A stretch of 64,000 nucleotides of DNA. It comes from Phoronis australis. Lineage: Eukaryota; Animalia; Phoronida. Under the pieces are notes generated by a model that saw only the letters and a program-made list of their open reading frames with translations, searched no databases and was not told the origin of the DNA. The DNA is taken from positions 68,055 through 132,054 of the forward strand of contig NMRA01000197.1 of the NCBI GenBank assembly GCA_002633005.1, given 5' to 3'. The position numbers and the translations under genes are program-made. Below, in pieces: positions 47,600-61,500 of the stretch (position 1 is the first letter of the stretch; each line of letters begins with the position of its first letter).

Positions 47600-50500
47600 T
47601 ATTTACAACGTAAAATAATAGAACTGATTATATATAATTTAATCTAGGAAATGGACTGTCAAACAATGTCGCGTAAGAATGTTTTGCACGGGCACGATTA
47701 TGCGCTTTTGCCGAGGACAATGCATGAGGTCCACCTGTGCCTACAACCGAAACTTTGGTGCGTGCGCATGTAGGCAAAACACCTGAATAAACAACTTTCT
47801 TTGAAAAATACACTATTTCAGGCCTAGGGAAACTAGTGAGTACAAACATTGTCTAGCTTATATGCATACTGTTTCTGAAGTCGGCGAACTTCGTGCTGAC
47901 AATGACGAATTAGTATCTGCATAGAGCAACCTAACATATCGCATCTCTTATATATGTACCAAATAGGGTCTATGGAAACAACCCGTACCTAAAGCCTAGA
48001 AAACAATCGGGCATTACTGTTGATCTGTTATGGACTGTGTATTTAAGTTCACATTATTTATCATTTCGAGTTAGGTTTAGGGTGTTGATTACATTTGGTT
48101 TAGGTGCTTGATGTGTTCACATTCGCAGCGATGACGTCGTTTGCAAAGGAGGCTTAGTTTGGGCAATGACAAAGCTAAACGACTGAAATATATGCGATGA
48201 AGTATTTCTGTTGCTTTTTATCATGGCGTTGGTTGTGTTGAATCCCGGGTGATGAGTACACTAAGAGGCTGTTTGATGAATCTGTAGATCACCGCGTTTT
48301 GAACCAATCTGTACACATAGGCATAAACTAGTTTGAGACTGCTTAACACACTAAAGATGTCATTTAAATGCGTTAACCAACAATCTGCGAATACATGTAC
48401 ATTTACTGGATTAACCAAAAATAGAGAAAAATGAATACTGAGAACAACGGATAAATAAAGATGACAGGTAAGGGAGGGTTGAGGACATAGTAAAACAGGT
48501 AAAAACAGGTAAACATAGTAAAAATTAGTCGCAAAGCCCCATCCATCATTCCAGAACGATACTTGCTGCGCGTCTCAACATAATACACTTCTTGCGAGCC
48601 CGCAGTATGCACGTAAAATCTTACGACACGTCGCACAACATATACCCGCACATCCTGCTTGTTTATGCGTTAAAGCATAGACTGGATGGGCATAGTACCG
48701 GGACCGCCAAATCTGTATGTTCTAAATGGACAAAATCTGTGATCGTACACACAAAGCGCGACAAACAGTATCCAGGCCGAGAAGAGACAATTCGCTAACG
48801 GCGCCTTGTTTGAGTCCCGGTTTTACTTCCGACAAATATGTCGTCTGCTCATTAACTGGAAAGTGGTGCCTCTTTTGACAATTCCCCTCAAATGAAAATA
48901 TCGGAGTTGCGAATCTGTTGTCTATGAACTATGGTATTAGTGACGTAATCGACGACATATGAAGCATTAATAAAATGAATAAAATTACAGCACACATCAC
49001 GAATTTTTGTCTGACAGGTCGGAAATTGGTCGTCGACCGGCCGTCGACCGGTCGTCTAGCCAACAAGCAGCCGACCAACAACGGTCGGCAAGGAGGCGCC
49101 TACTGAGTCGCCTCTTGGGTCTAGCGTAGACGACCAATTCGTATTAAGCGTGTCCTTGTTCGGCAATTACCATTTTATGACTTAGCGGGTGAAGTTTGGA
49201 CAAACAAACATTTAACTGTTCCCTGTTCGTTTACCAGTGACAACTCAGGTCTTGACATCGGTTTATGAACTTTTGTTCAACCATTGAAAGGAGTTAAAAT
49301 CGAATCAACCTACAAATACGAAGTGCGTGACATTACACCAGCCTAAAACTACATCTTGAATTAATGACGGTGTGGTAAAATCAAACGTTAAGTGATATCG
49401 CGGAAAATTAATTTCTAACTTTAGATATGAGACTTTTAATACAGCACATTATGCATAAAAACAAGCACAAAATTTGAAATTTACAGTAAAACTGCATAAA
49501 AATCAGAATACAACACTGGATATTTTACGACCTCAAATGTTTTCATGCCGCGGAATACTCAACAAGCAGCACGCATTTGCGCTCATCCGTTATTGCTCTT
49601 GATCATCACTTCATCACGCTGTATATTAGGCTTTACCACAGATAATTATTGCTTATTTCTGTATAATTTCTTAATGTGTTGATACAGCAATAGAACCCAA
49701 GTTCATTTTAGGAACAACATAAACAATGGATTGAACATAGCGCCGATATTAAATCATGGGCGCATGAAAACGGAAGACTGTGATCGGTTTATAGTGTCAT
49801 CCATCATCCATCATCATTCTGAAATTATTGTCACTTTCGCAGTAAAAAAATCTTTTCGAAGCTACAGCCTTCCTATCTAGCCAGCTAGTTGTATGAAGAC
49901 TATTTTCAAAATACAGCAAGGTGCCACTGCGTATTGAGATCAAACAGACCTCAAAACTTCACACAGCCCGGATAGTTACGCTTGTCACCTCGTCGAGAAG
50001 CTTGTATCAACGTTAGCTTAAGACCGGCGGATGTGCATGCAAAATCTGGAAGTCAATTGGCATTCAAGTTGCCCGTTGCGGCCGTTTAAACGAAAAACAT
50101 CCTACGTCATCTTCTTGCGTAATTCTCTGCCATTTTAACGAAAAAACGTATGTCGTCGTTTTGAAAAAAGTTCATTCGTGACACGCGCCACTTCCAAAAT
50201 GGTTTCAATATCTCCCATTAGATGATGACAATATCTCAGCAAAATTTGTTCTAAAATTCGGTTCACTGATATCAAAATTCCAAAAACATATAATGAAGTA
50301 AAACCAATTCTGATCATTTGTTGTGACGTTTACGCAACCTCGAGGGAGAACGTTTGATTGAAGAATCTGGGAAAAGAAAATGGCTAATAGGTGAGGCAAT
50401 ATTTCATTGGGTCGAAAGTCGACGCATAAGATCACACCATAACTTTAGTAGAAAATTAATTGTAGAAAATCAATTTTTGCAAAGCTGGTAAATAATTTAG

Positions 50501-51573
50501 ATTAATCTAGGAAGATTTCATTCGGTCAGTTTTTACCCACAACGGCGCAAATTTGAATATTTAATTTAGTAAACAGCTTCGCACCAAGGCTAGAGCCTTC
50601 CAAGCCCTTTGGCGTAAGAACACAATACTTGGCGTTTCGCGTATAGTCCAAGGGGTAAAACTTTGAAAATAATATTTTCGGGGTAACCTGGTACATGTAA
50701 TCCTAAAAAGTAGTCTGTGTTTTCATGTAGAGCGTAAAAATGATTAACCCAGTGATTCAAAAAGAACTTTTTCGCAAACGAAAACGCACACAATTTTCAG
50801 CTCTATTAAACTGGTTAAAAAACAACTTCTATAAGTTTCTTGCATCGGATTTTAGTGATCACCAGGCCAAGTCAAAACTCTTAAGGGGGCGCAATTTCAA
50901 ACCTTTGGCATGAATCATTGATATAAAAATGGAAATAGACCGACTTTAATTCATCAGCAATGTAGACACAACAATTACAGACACTGACTGCGTTTGTTAA
51001 CGTCTTGTGGCAATGATAAAAATAATTGTTTCTACTACGATTGATAACAAGTTTTACTCTGATTAGGTATGATGCAATATGCATGTCTAATATGCAGATC
51101 GGCAGTTGCAAAAACATTTATCGGGTTTAATGAATCCGTTTGTAAAGAACCACTGCAAAAGTATGATTACTAATTGTACATTCGGATCACGCCTCATTAG
51201 AATAAAAAAAAACACATGCTTGATGATCCTGGGTGTTCCTTTGTTACAGGCATGAATGAAGATATATAGTTGTTAAGCCATAGAGGATAATAAGGCATAC
51301 AAAATATCACACTGGGCCATCTACACCAGGCATATACAAAGGATACAGTATTTCAAAAGAAGCCCCAACTACTCATTTTTAATAGTCATAACTACTCATT
51401 TTTTATAGTATCACTGAATCACGAACACCTAGATTTATATAAGAAGTTACATAGTACGATGCTACCCTACCTGCTCTCCCACATTCATGGAAGGCCCAAG
51501 TGGAAACATTTAACGGCGTATATTTTCTATGCAACATTAAAACCAAGCAAAACATGCTAACTCTCCTGGACCA

Positions 51574-51722
51574 ATGTGTGTACTTACAGTGATGTTATCT
51601 GCCTCAATAGTTGTCAGGCTTCTATGTAGTCTGACGTCTTGTCGCCCCTTCTTCGTAACAGCTAAACCAGGATTCTCTTCTACCCGCCGTACACTAACTA
51701 GTTGGAGGCGTAGCTTGATGTC
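51574..51722. repeat. 149 bp direct repeat flanking HERO (other copy 54246-54394)
   Basis: Ungapped alignment with 4 mismatches counted by eye. Confidence 0.9.
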
Positions 51723-51723
51723 N

Positions 51724-54245
51724 TGATCTTGTCATGACGCCAGCATCCCTCACCTTTGGATCTCTAGAGTCACGTAATGTGAGAACCAGCCTGCACTTTC
51801 CTACTTTAAACTCCTCCGTGATTGATGCTAGAGGCAGCTGAAGCTCTGCTGTTCTGCTATAAAGGCCAACCTGTGTGAAGCTTCTTGGGACTCCCAACCA
51901 CTTCCTCAGCCACTTGCTTACAGTTCTCTCCAGGCACTCCACCGCCGATATCGGGATGTCGTACAGCATTAGACCCCACGTTGCTCGAGGTAACAGCCCG
52001 TGCTGGTAAATCCATGCCTTGTACTTGCCAGGAAGACCGCTTTTCTCTATTCTCTTCAACCACTCCGTCACCTGGGTCTCCATCAGCTTGATGTTGTTCT
52101 TGTCGCACAGGAGATCATCGTACCATTTACCTAGGCACTTGATGGGGTTATTAACAATTGATGGAATTTGTTCGCCTTGAATGGTCAAGGTAAATCTGTT
52201 GACTACTTTCCCACCTCTCATTATCAGAAGTCTCGACTTCCTGGGTTTAAACTTCATACGAGCCCACGTTGCTACTTCATCTAGAGCTGCCAAAACCCAC
52301 CGAGCTTGCACATGCGTCACCGTAGTTACTGTCAAGTCATCCATAAATGCTCTAATTACAGGCACCACGATACCGGACTGTAGCCTCGGACCCCTACATT
52401 CCCTTTCTCCGGCCTTTATCAGAAAATTCATCCCCATGATGAACAGAGTAGGAGAGATGGTACATCCAGTTATTATACCTCTTTCCAGCTTGATCCAGTC
52501 TGTAGTGATGGCGCCTACAGTAAACCTCAACTGGATACCTCGAAAATAATCTGTTAACATGCGACTGATATGCTCCGGAACATGATAGTACTCTAATGCT
52601 ATGTTGATCAGCTGGTGGGGTATGGAACCGTAGGCATTAGCTAAGTCCAGCCACACACACGTCAGGTCTTTCCTCTTCGACTTGGCCTCCCTAATCAGCT
52701 GGCTCAAGACGCTCGTATGTTCAACACAGCCTGAAAAACCAGGAATTCCTCCTTTCTGGACAGATGTGTCTATGTACTTGTTGTCTAAGAGATAGGATGT
52801 CAACCTCCTAGCAAGGATCCCAAAGAACATCTTCCCTTCTACACTCAGCAGTGATATTGTTCTAAACTGGTCAACCGCAGCAGCATCCTTCTCCTTGGGC
52901 ACAAAGCACCCCTCTGCGACCTTCCAGCCAGTAGGTATCTTGCCCTTTCTCCATACTGTCTTTAGAATCAGCCACAGCTGCCTTAGCAGCAAGGGACACT
53001 TCTTGTAGGTCTTGTACGGGATGCCACTTGGACCTGGGGCTGAACCCGACCGCGCTTTCTTAACCACCTGCAGCAGTTCCTTCCACGTAGGTTCTTTCGT
53101 GTCTAATTCACTCTCTGGCCTATTCACAGCCTCCACTCTCGAACACACTCCGAGGGGCACATCTCGTCTGTCGTCTCCATGAGCTGCGTTAAGATGTTGC
53201 TCTATTGCCTCTTTGCTTGACTGCAACTCGCCTGATCTCTCTTCCCCCAGTAAGGTCTTTGTAAATCTGAAGGGGTCCTTGACAAACTGAGACCTTCGCT
53301 TAGCCCTTTCCTTCTTGGCTCGACGTAACCTCTCTGCATTTCGCAGGCGTCTGGGCTCATACCGTAAGTCATCTCTAAGCCACTGCAGCCCGACCTTCTC
53401 GTGCTCCTGGGCTTTGCGGAAAGCCTTCCCAAGTGATCTTAGTTCAGTTCGTATCTCCTTGATGCGCCGTTTCCGTCTGTTGCCTTTTGGAACTTCCTGC
53501 CGTGGTGCTCTCGTACGCTCTTCCTGTGTACCAAACCGCTCTAAAGCCACGTTGTACATGATTGCGGTGAAACTCTCCATCTTCTGATCTACGCTGCCCA
53601 TCAAAGTTGTCTTCATGATGTTGTGCACATCCCCATCAAAAGCCTTCCATGCTGCTTCTTCCGTCATCTTTGGCCATTTCACTCTCTTCCTTCTTGGGCG
53701 TGGTGGAGGTCTGCCTTGTCCTGACGTGTCCTCTCCCAGGAACACAGTGTCGTTATCTGAAGGCTCATCGGCTTGGAGACTCCCAGCCCTGTGGGGTTCA
53801 TCCTGTCTGGGTACCTCCAACGTCTCACCAGAGGGATCCTGTGCGCGTTGCTCTTGGTTCTCCTGATAACCACACCGCGATCTTGATCGGTGGACACGTA
53901 AGCCACGGATGTTCTTGCACACATTTCCACAACTACATACTGCTCCTTCCACAACACCTCCTGTCAGTGTCAACTGTTTCAAAGTCCTTGGTCGTTGCAA
54001 AGTCGTTTCCGTGTTATCCGCCGTTGTGAGTCTCTCATTCTCCCCCCCTCTCGGGAGACTCCGGGGGTATGCATCATTTTGGTTCGACGTAGCGTGAGAA
54101 TGGGTGCTCCTATAACCGGAGCTGCAGGCCGAGGTGCTGGCCCTGCCTGCCCCAATCCAGTCTTTCCTGGGGGTCATCTGTCTCTCCAGCGTCACTGGTC
54201 TTCCCCAGTTGCCATCCAGCCTTTCTTGGAAGTCTTGAAATGTCG
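51724..54245 (-). mobile_element. HERO/NeSL-group non-LTR retrotransposon; ORF (51694-54195) open up to the single N at 51723, which hides the 3' end and endonuclease
   Basis: N-terminal zinc finger CSCGNVCKNIRGLRVH; RT motifs SAPGPSGIPY, QFRTISLL, QKGGIPGFSGCVEH, WLDLANAYGSIPH, GIITGCTISP, AFMDD; LQLPLASITEEFKV..LRDSRD typical of HERO. Confidence 0.85.
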
Positions 54246-55060
54246 ATGTGTGTACTTACAATGTTGTTATCTGCCTCAATAGTTGTCAGGCTTCTATGTA
54301 GTCTGACGTCTTGTCGCCCCTTCTTCGTAACAGCTAAACGAGGATTCTCTTCTACCCGCCGTACACTAATTAGTTGGAGGCGTAGCTTGATGTCGTCAGA
54401 TGGCAAGTATCTCAAAACCAGAAATTTTACTTAAGCAGGAATTAAAACAATCCAATACATTGAGATTGTTTTCACACAGAAGACCAAAGAACAAATAAAG
54501 ACCAAAATTTAACCACGTCAAGACTGAAAATTTATCACATCAGCACCTATAATTTATCAAGTAAGGACCAAAAATTATTCACTTCAGGATCTTAATAAAA
54601 TACAACCAAACTGAAAATTTAATAAGTCAGGTTCAAAAACTTACCATGTCAGTAACTTTCACGCCAGAACACCACGTCACCATCCCCAAGCATTGATCTT
54701 TCAAAGTGATAATGTCCGTACTATACGTATAAACAAGGGCGAAATGTTCAACCTCTCGCCGACGACAGACATATTATCTCGGAAATGCAGTTGAATTTCG
54801 TTCGTCTAATCCACGTTTTACAATAGATGCCAATGTATAGGTACACACTGGATTGTCATCATTGCATAATGGGTGATCACATAGTCTCCGGGCATGGAAA
54901 CAATTCTCTCCTGGCGTGATAAGTTTTCTGACGCAATAAATCCTGGTTGCCAATTGTTTTTGATTCTACAGAGATTTCAATTCCTGAATAGAAAATGTGT
55001 GTTCTGGATTTTTCCGCTTCAGCTTTCCATTCAGCTAACTGGTGTAAAACAGTGTTTTTA

Positions 55061-55237
55061 CTATCCCGTGGAGACTCCACTGCAACGAATCACTTCTAGT
55101 ACAATCTTCCGTAAATGACAATCGTATTTTGCATATTTCTTCGGGGTAACAGTTTTCCAAGAGCTATATATTCATTGGACAAGCTTCTGTTTGGTATTCG
55201 GTTTTATTTTCTTTCTCAGGTAGTCCTTGAGCTCATG
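55061..55237 (-). pseudogene. Tc1-like DDE transposase C-terminal remnant
   Basis: HELKDYLRKKIKPNTKQKLVQ*IYSSWKTVTPKKYAKYDCHLRKIVLEVIRCSGVSTG* matches the segment after the catalytic Glu (WHELK...G..T.Y) of Tc1-like transposases. Confidence 0.75.
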
Positions 55238-57316
55238 CTCTGAATGTTTTGAAAACGCAACTCTTTATTTACGCAGATACGTTTTCCTGCCCGTGCGCGC
55301 AGACTTGCTGAATTCATCAACCATACATTTATTTTTGAAAATGCCCTCAAAAGTGTACTTTTTAAAACACCGTGTTGACCATAGTCGTCCGTTTAGAAAA
55401 GCGGAATGAACAAATTTGTACACATTGCTCAAAGCACTTTTGTGGACATACGGAAACGACAACGTCTCTGTCTTACAACTCTGCGTGGGCTTGGCATTTC
55501 TGATAAAGCTTTCTCATGCTGGAAACTTTATTAAGTCTGGGCACCGTTTCAAAAATTGTATTTTTTCGTACAGCTGAGCACAGAAGAATTATTCTGCGAT
55601 TTTAGGACTGAAACGGAATCAAATCTCGAGTGGTGACTCATTAGAATGTGCAAAATTCGTGGAGGGAGGGAGGGATGGCGATACAAGCATGATTTTTTAT
55701 TTTCGCGCCAAGCATGTAGTTGGCACTTCTCATTCAGCGTCATTTACTACCTAAGGTGACCAGATCATACGCTATAAATATCACCAGACGCTTTGCTTCT
55801 CAAAAGTGCACCTTGATGTATTTACTATCATTTTTTTGCCATCGCAATCGCTTTACCAAAGGTTCATGCACATATGCCGCGTAGAGACAAATATCTCTTC
55901 ACATCTTCCCATTCACAATTGTTTTATTTTACATAATTTGTCAATATGTTGTTGACAGAAAATATTTATTTTTGGAACAACGTGAACGACCAACTGATAG
56001 GGGACTACGTGTATACATGTACATGTAACTAGCCCAGATTTTAACGTCACCGATGCATGAAAACGGAATGCGCAAAGCTACAATTGGCTGTAGCCTCAAC
56101 AGTGGTGATGACAGTCTTAGTTCGTGGAAGTCGTAACCATAATATGATTTCGAAGTTAGAGCCATCGAAGTCCGTGGGTTTAGGGCATACTGGACCGTGA
56201 ATTTCGCATCTGTACTGCAAGGGTCAATACTATGAAAATAAAATCCCCGGAGTGAGAGCTCATCGCGGTGTAACAACTCACTCACAAATCCATCATCATG
56301 GGCACGTGATAGGAGACCGGTAAATAACTTAAAAAAACGCAAAAAGATGCAGTTTGGCGTTACACAAACAAAATCAATTGTGGGCCGGCGAAAACTGCTA
56401 GTCGTCGACCGGGCCGACAAAAATTCGTGATGTGTGCTGTACACACATTTATATCCCAAAATGCAGCCGTTATGCTGCTCCAGAATAATATCCCGCCATT
56501 TTTTGTCATGTCCTAAGCCGAAAAATGATGTTGAAAAGCGTAAACTATGGATCAAATTGTACGGCCACACGAGCAGCTGAAGTTAGCGATGTTGCTAGAT
56601 AACTCGAAGGCTATTATAAACACAAATATATTAGTTCCAAGATATACACTTTTCAGCTTGGTGGCTATGGTGCAGGGCTATCTCACATTTTGGCTCACGA
56701 GTTGACTACGTCTGGGTGCCTTTGTCTCGGCACCTGCTGGATGTCAGCACTCTAACGGAAGTCCCCGGAAATTGTTGTTTTCAAGGACCATTTTTTAAAG
56801 TTTTTTTATTTATTTCAACCTAATGGACATTATTTTGTTTCGTATCAGAGGTATTTTTGTTATTCATAAACCGTAAGCTGGCGTTCAACTGAACTTCTCT
56901 CCCGGTCAAAATTCAGAGATTCGATCGGCACAGGGAAGGGCACTGGATTACTGAAGGAACTCAAAGCCTTGGTCGAGCTGTTGTCACTAAAAATAAACTG
57001 TTCAATTACTTTTTGACGTGTACCTCTAGTATACACTATGTCTGTAGAGTTAGAGAGAGCTCATTTTGGAGTTGCTCAAACATGATATTTAGATTTATGA
57101 AGCTTTAAAAAAGAATTTGAGTTATTTTTGTAAATAGACTATTTCTGCAACTACCACACCAGACTAGTAATCTTTTGTAACCATACCACGACTTAGTGAT
57201 CATGCTACCTTCAAATTAAAATGAAAGCTACCTTTATGAATGAAACTACAAAAAATGCCAAGTTCATAAGAAAGTAAACCTAATTTAAATATCTTAATGG
57301 TGCAAACGGACAATTC

Positions 57317-57642
57317 CATAGGCGGATTTAGGGGGGGGGCAGGGGCCCCAGCCCCCCTCCTTGGCTGCCACCAGCAAAATGAAACAGCTAGAGCGTGAGG
57401 AAATATTGAGTTCAGTAACTAGGACCGGTAGCGGAAGAGGGGGCTCAGACCCCGGCAGATCGCGGCGGAATTGTGTTCCTGTTTTTTTAGTCCACCTATA
57501 GATTTTCTGAACTGAGGTCCAAAGGTCTACATCTCTGGCCCCTGCAACTTTCGGGCCGCCTGTGCACACACAATCGTACTTTGCCCAATTCCACGAGGCA
57601 ACATATGTTGGGCCCCCCTGTGGTATCATAGATCCGCCACTG
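57317..57642. mobile_element. MITE with CA(TA/GT)GGCGGAT termini (hAT-like)
   Basis: CATAGGCGGATTTAGGGGG ... TAGATCCGCCACTG; flanked by AATTC on both sides (5 bp TSD). Confidence 0.65.
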
Positions 57643-58467
57643 AATTCCAGACATTAAGAGCAATTCCATATAAAAACCAGATGATGGGCTTTATATGCAA
57701 AATCACCCATTTTTTTGAAACTTAGCACATCAGCTGGTCTTGTCAAAAGAAACCTGAGCCTGAATTTTTAAGAGTTTCCGAGTTTTTTTAACCCTTTTTA
57801 CGACCACTTTGTACTTTTTCTGAAAAATAGCAAATAATAGTACTTGGAAGTAGGTGACTTTTTGTCAGCAACAGCACATCATCGCATTGCGCTATTGAAA
57901 AAATAACTATATAGCAGAAAGAAGAAAGAATAACATACGTCAAGAAAAACTAGTTTGGATGGTTTTATTGATTTTTTATGTCCTCCCATTTTAGCCTACA
58001 AAAATATCATTTTCACTACTTATTATTAAGGCCATTTTCACGCATTTTTATCACTCTCCCAAATCTATATCGGAATCTTTTGGAACATGAGTTAACTTCC
58101 ATCTGTTACTGCTGTCTTTGTGCAGCTCAAAGCAAGAATAAAATATCTTGTCTCTTTCATAGTTTTTGTGCAGTCAGTTTTTTGCATAACTCACTTACAC
58201 ACTTTGCTGCCAATCTGTGACTGTCAGTTTGATTAAAAGACTCTAGGAGGCGCTACTCGATTGTGCAATTATCTATCGACCAAGATGCCAAATAGAACAC
58301 AAATATAATTCGTTTTGCTACATCCGTGACGAAGGAGATCATGGGAAGCTGTATGAGAGATTTTTTCTTCGCGGATTTTCAGTTTTGCTGGTGCAAAAAT
58401 AAAAGATTGTTATAGGATTACAGAAATCAAAAAAGTCACTTTTAATGTATTTATGAGTTAATTATAC

Positions 58468-58538
58468 AAAAGTGCTTCTCTGAAGTATGAGATGGTGATG
58501 GAGCCCATCACCATCTCATACTTCAGAGAAGCACTTTT
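58468..58538. repeat. Perfect 34 bp inverted repeat with 3 nt loop
   Basis: AAAAGTGCTTCTCTGAAGTATGAGATGGTGATGG-AGC-CCATCACCATCTCATACTTCAGAGAAGCACTTTT. Confidence 0.97.
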
Positions 58539-59494
58539 TATTCTTATTAAGGGTGCCCATTTCCCATTGCTTTTTCAGTTTTTAAACACCGTAATTGACT
58601 AAGAATCCCACACACTGCCTGCAGTGCATGCTGGTCCATTTTCAGACCTCCTCAGTGAACAAATCCTTGTATATGCGATTGAAAAAGTCCTCTCAAACTA
58701 TTACCAGAGTTCATACTAGAACTAATCAAGATCTTCGAGAAGTGTGGTGTTATTGGACATACAAAGTGTCACGCAATGCTTCTTGTACTACACAAAGCAG
58801 CCGAGCATGGTGGCAGTGCGCCCAATGGAATTTGCAATTTCAGAAAAATAACAGGTATGGATGTTTACGATTGAAAACATAATACTTTCAGTGATATCCA
58901 AGATCCCGGCTTTCCAAACCAGTATTTAAGCAATTGGGTGTTGTTGCGACTTACCAGCTAAAAGTTTCACAATATGTAAATTCCGTTCATGCAGCGGACT
59001 CAAAACCCTAGTATCTTGAAGGTATGCTAGGTTTAGTGTATGATGCATTTCTACACAACACTTCAAAAAAACTGCATTTTGTTTGAAGAAAACAAGAGGT
59101 ACTGAAACAGTAAATCCTTTTATTTTGCTCAGTACACATGTCTAAGATAGACGTTTCTCAAGACTAGATAATCACTCCTATAAAAATCTCAGTAGTTTCA
59201 ATAGAATCAATCATGTAAAAAGTATGATTTACGAGTCTCAAACTGAACATAAAAGAAAAAACCCAAGTAAAAAGTGACAGAAGATTTCAATGTTGACCAT
59301 CAATGGCTTGGATTATTTTCCCCAACCGGCCACCACTCAAATTTCTCCCTCGTGGAAGCCACGAATTTGTGTCATCTTCCATGTTTCCCAATTTCGCCCA
59401 GGGTGGACCCCAGACCCCTAGCTATGATAATGATGACCACAACAATGTCATAAGAATAGAAAACAACTAAAACATGTTCATAATTTCCTACAGT

Positions 59495-61500
59495 TTATGA
59501 TGATAATTCATTCATGACTTCAAGCTCCAAGTCATTCTTTGAGGCAAACTCGTGGACAGAAGCAGCATCAGCATCTTCAATATTCTGAATATTTCGTATT
59601 CGAGACGCGGCAACCATACGGGAGAAAAATCCAGCAACCTGCTGCTCCGACAGCCACTCTTCAGAGGTGAAAACTTTTCCTTGCTTATTCCTGGCTTCTT
59701 GCATCATCTTTACAACCTCAGCTGGCTGTTGTTTTCTGCCTGAATGTTCACCTTCCGGAAATATATCACTCGATTAAGTCTTTACCTTCTCAGAGAAGCG
59801 GACCGTATTTCTAATACTTTTCAGAGCCCAATCCTGCGACGACTTCATCAGCAACGTAAACGGCATACAACTCAGGTGATGATACAGCTGTGGTAGCAGA
59901 TAACATATCAGATTGTCTTGAAATAGTGTCGAACTGAGTCTCGTTCTGGAGGGATGATGAATGAGCACCAACATCCAAGTGCTCATTTAGCACAGCATCT
60001 GTAGGAAAATATTTCGAGCACCCATAGTGTGTGCATGTGTATGACGTTCAATGGAAACCAGCCCCGACTCAACCCTTGGAGTTGTAAAACACTCGAGTGT
60101 TGCAAGGTCAAGACTTTTCAGAGGCAACAGTTATGATTTGTTGATGACAAGTTTTCCCTCCCCTACTCTATAGGCCTTCCATGCTCGAATGCCATCGGCG
60201 GAATACTTAAAGTTTGTCAGCAAACTTATCCCTGGGATACTGTGCATGGGGCATTCACACTACAGGCCGACACATAACAGCCTTTGACACCTCCTCTAGA
60301 CTCTAGCGCATGTTTCAGGTCGACTGCATTTTGTTGCCTTCATTGACGAAGTACTTGGCATGGGACTTCAAGGGTGCGATTTTCCTGTCACAGATGTCTT
60401 TTCCCTTCTGACTTTCACTGAAGTCGTAGCGCAGAATGGAGATGCTGGTGTTACCAGATACGTAGAACAAATGAATCAGAAGGGCGGCTGAATGGTTACA
60501 ATTGGCATTGTCGGAGCTTCCGTTATTTGTGGATCCCTAGGTTTCACCTGCCTTAGCACATCTAGCGTTAAACAGCAAACAGTGAAAAAGTCTTGCTTGC
60601 AGGCATCTAGAGTATGGATGCAAGTATGTACCTGAAGTACAACAATTATGTAACTCAAATAGGTCAACTAGTTTAAAGAACTACCTTATTATATCTGATC
60701 ACCACCTAAACCGCAATCACACCACTCAACTTCAAGCATGGTTCGTCTCAACACCGTTATTATATCAGTAGCTCCTTCAAAACATTTCTAGGGAGGGGGA
60801 AATTTCCCCTTAACAAAGATAATTATGAAAATCATCCATAAGTGGCTTCAGTTAAAATGAAGGTTTGTGTGCAAAATCTACTAAGGGACAAAGAATGCAT
60901 CACTGTCAAGCTTTTGTTGGGAAATGGCAAGATAAAGACTAGATATTAAGTGCACACTCCCTGTATCTTGTACTGTTACAGTAAATCAATATACTAAAAA
61001 GAGGTAAAGGCAACAACATTGTTCATCACTGGCTCTCTGTTTAATATTGAACACATCTGAGAATTACTTTGTAACACCTTGAATACTAATTGAGGATTTA
61101 TTTTTACCTGGTGGCTCTCACCTTTCTTTGTGATACAAGCCGCCTCGTGCCATGAGATCCCCTTTTCCAAACCAGTCGGGCTGTGCCTCACGGAAACTGA
61201 TGGGTATGAACTTCATTGCAAAATCCATTACAACCAAAACTTGGTGTGGGGTGAGAGATGACATCAGATCCTGTGTTGCTTGTTCCTGGTTTATCTCTCT
61301 GACAACATGCTGTGTGTTCTGGATAACAGCACGTCAATTTTTGTCTAAAGTCAAGTCCAAACTCATGTCGATGTGTAGAATATATCACGGCGCATTTCCA
61401 TTGGTTTGCCAGACCAGCCTCCTATCTCCAGATTTGGCAAGAATCAGCTGTAATTCCGATATACTTTCAAATTTCTGTGGCACTTTGCACGACCTCTGAC
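59495..61500 (-). pseudogene. Sola3-type transposase pseudogene, probably intron-containing
   Basis: VVMDFAMKFIPISFREAQPDWFGK/GISWH (~61145-61240), RYDFSESQKGKDICDRKIAPLKSHAKYFVNEG (~60337-60432), FTSEEWLSEQQVAGFFSR (~59620-59675); frameshifts and stops. Confidence 0.7.

Larger units (their letters stand above)
48988..56439 (-). mobile_element. Tc1/mariner-superfamily element (~7.45 kb including nested HERO)
   Basis: Perfect 24 bp TIR CAGCACACATCACGAATTTTTGTC (48988-49011) / GACAAAAATTCGTGATGTGTGCTG (56416-56439), flanked by TA on both sides; internal Tc1-like transposase remnant. Confidence 0.8.

Noticed and set aside
55941-56570. 209 aa minus-strand ORF
   Set aside because: Crosses the Tc1 TIR boundary and has no recognisable domain; probably chance.
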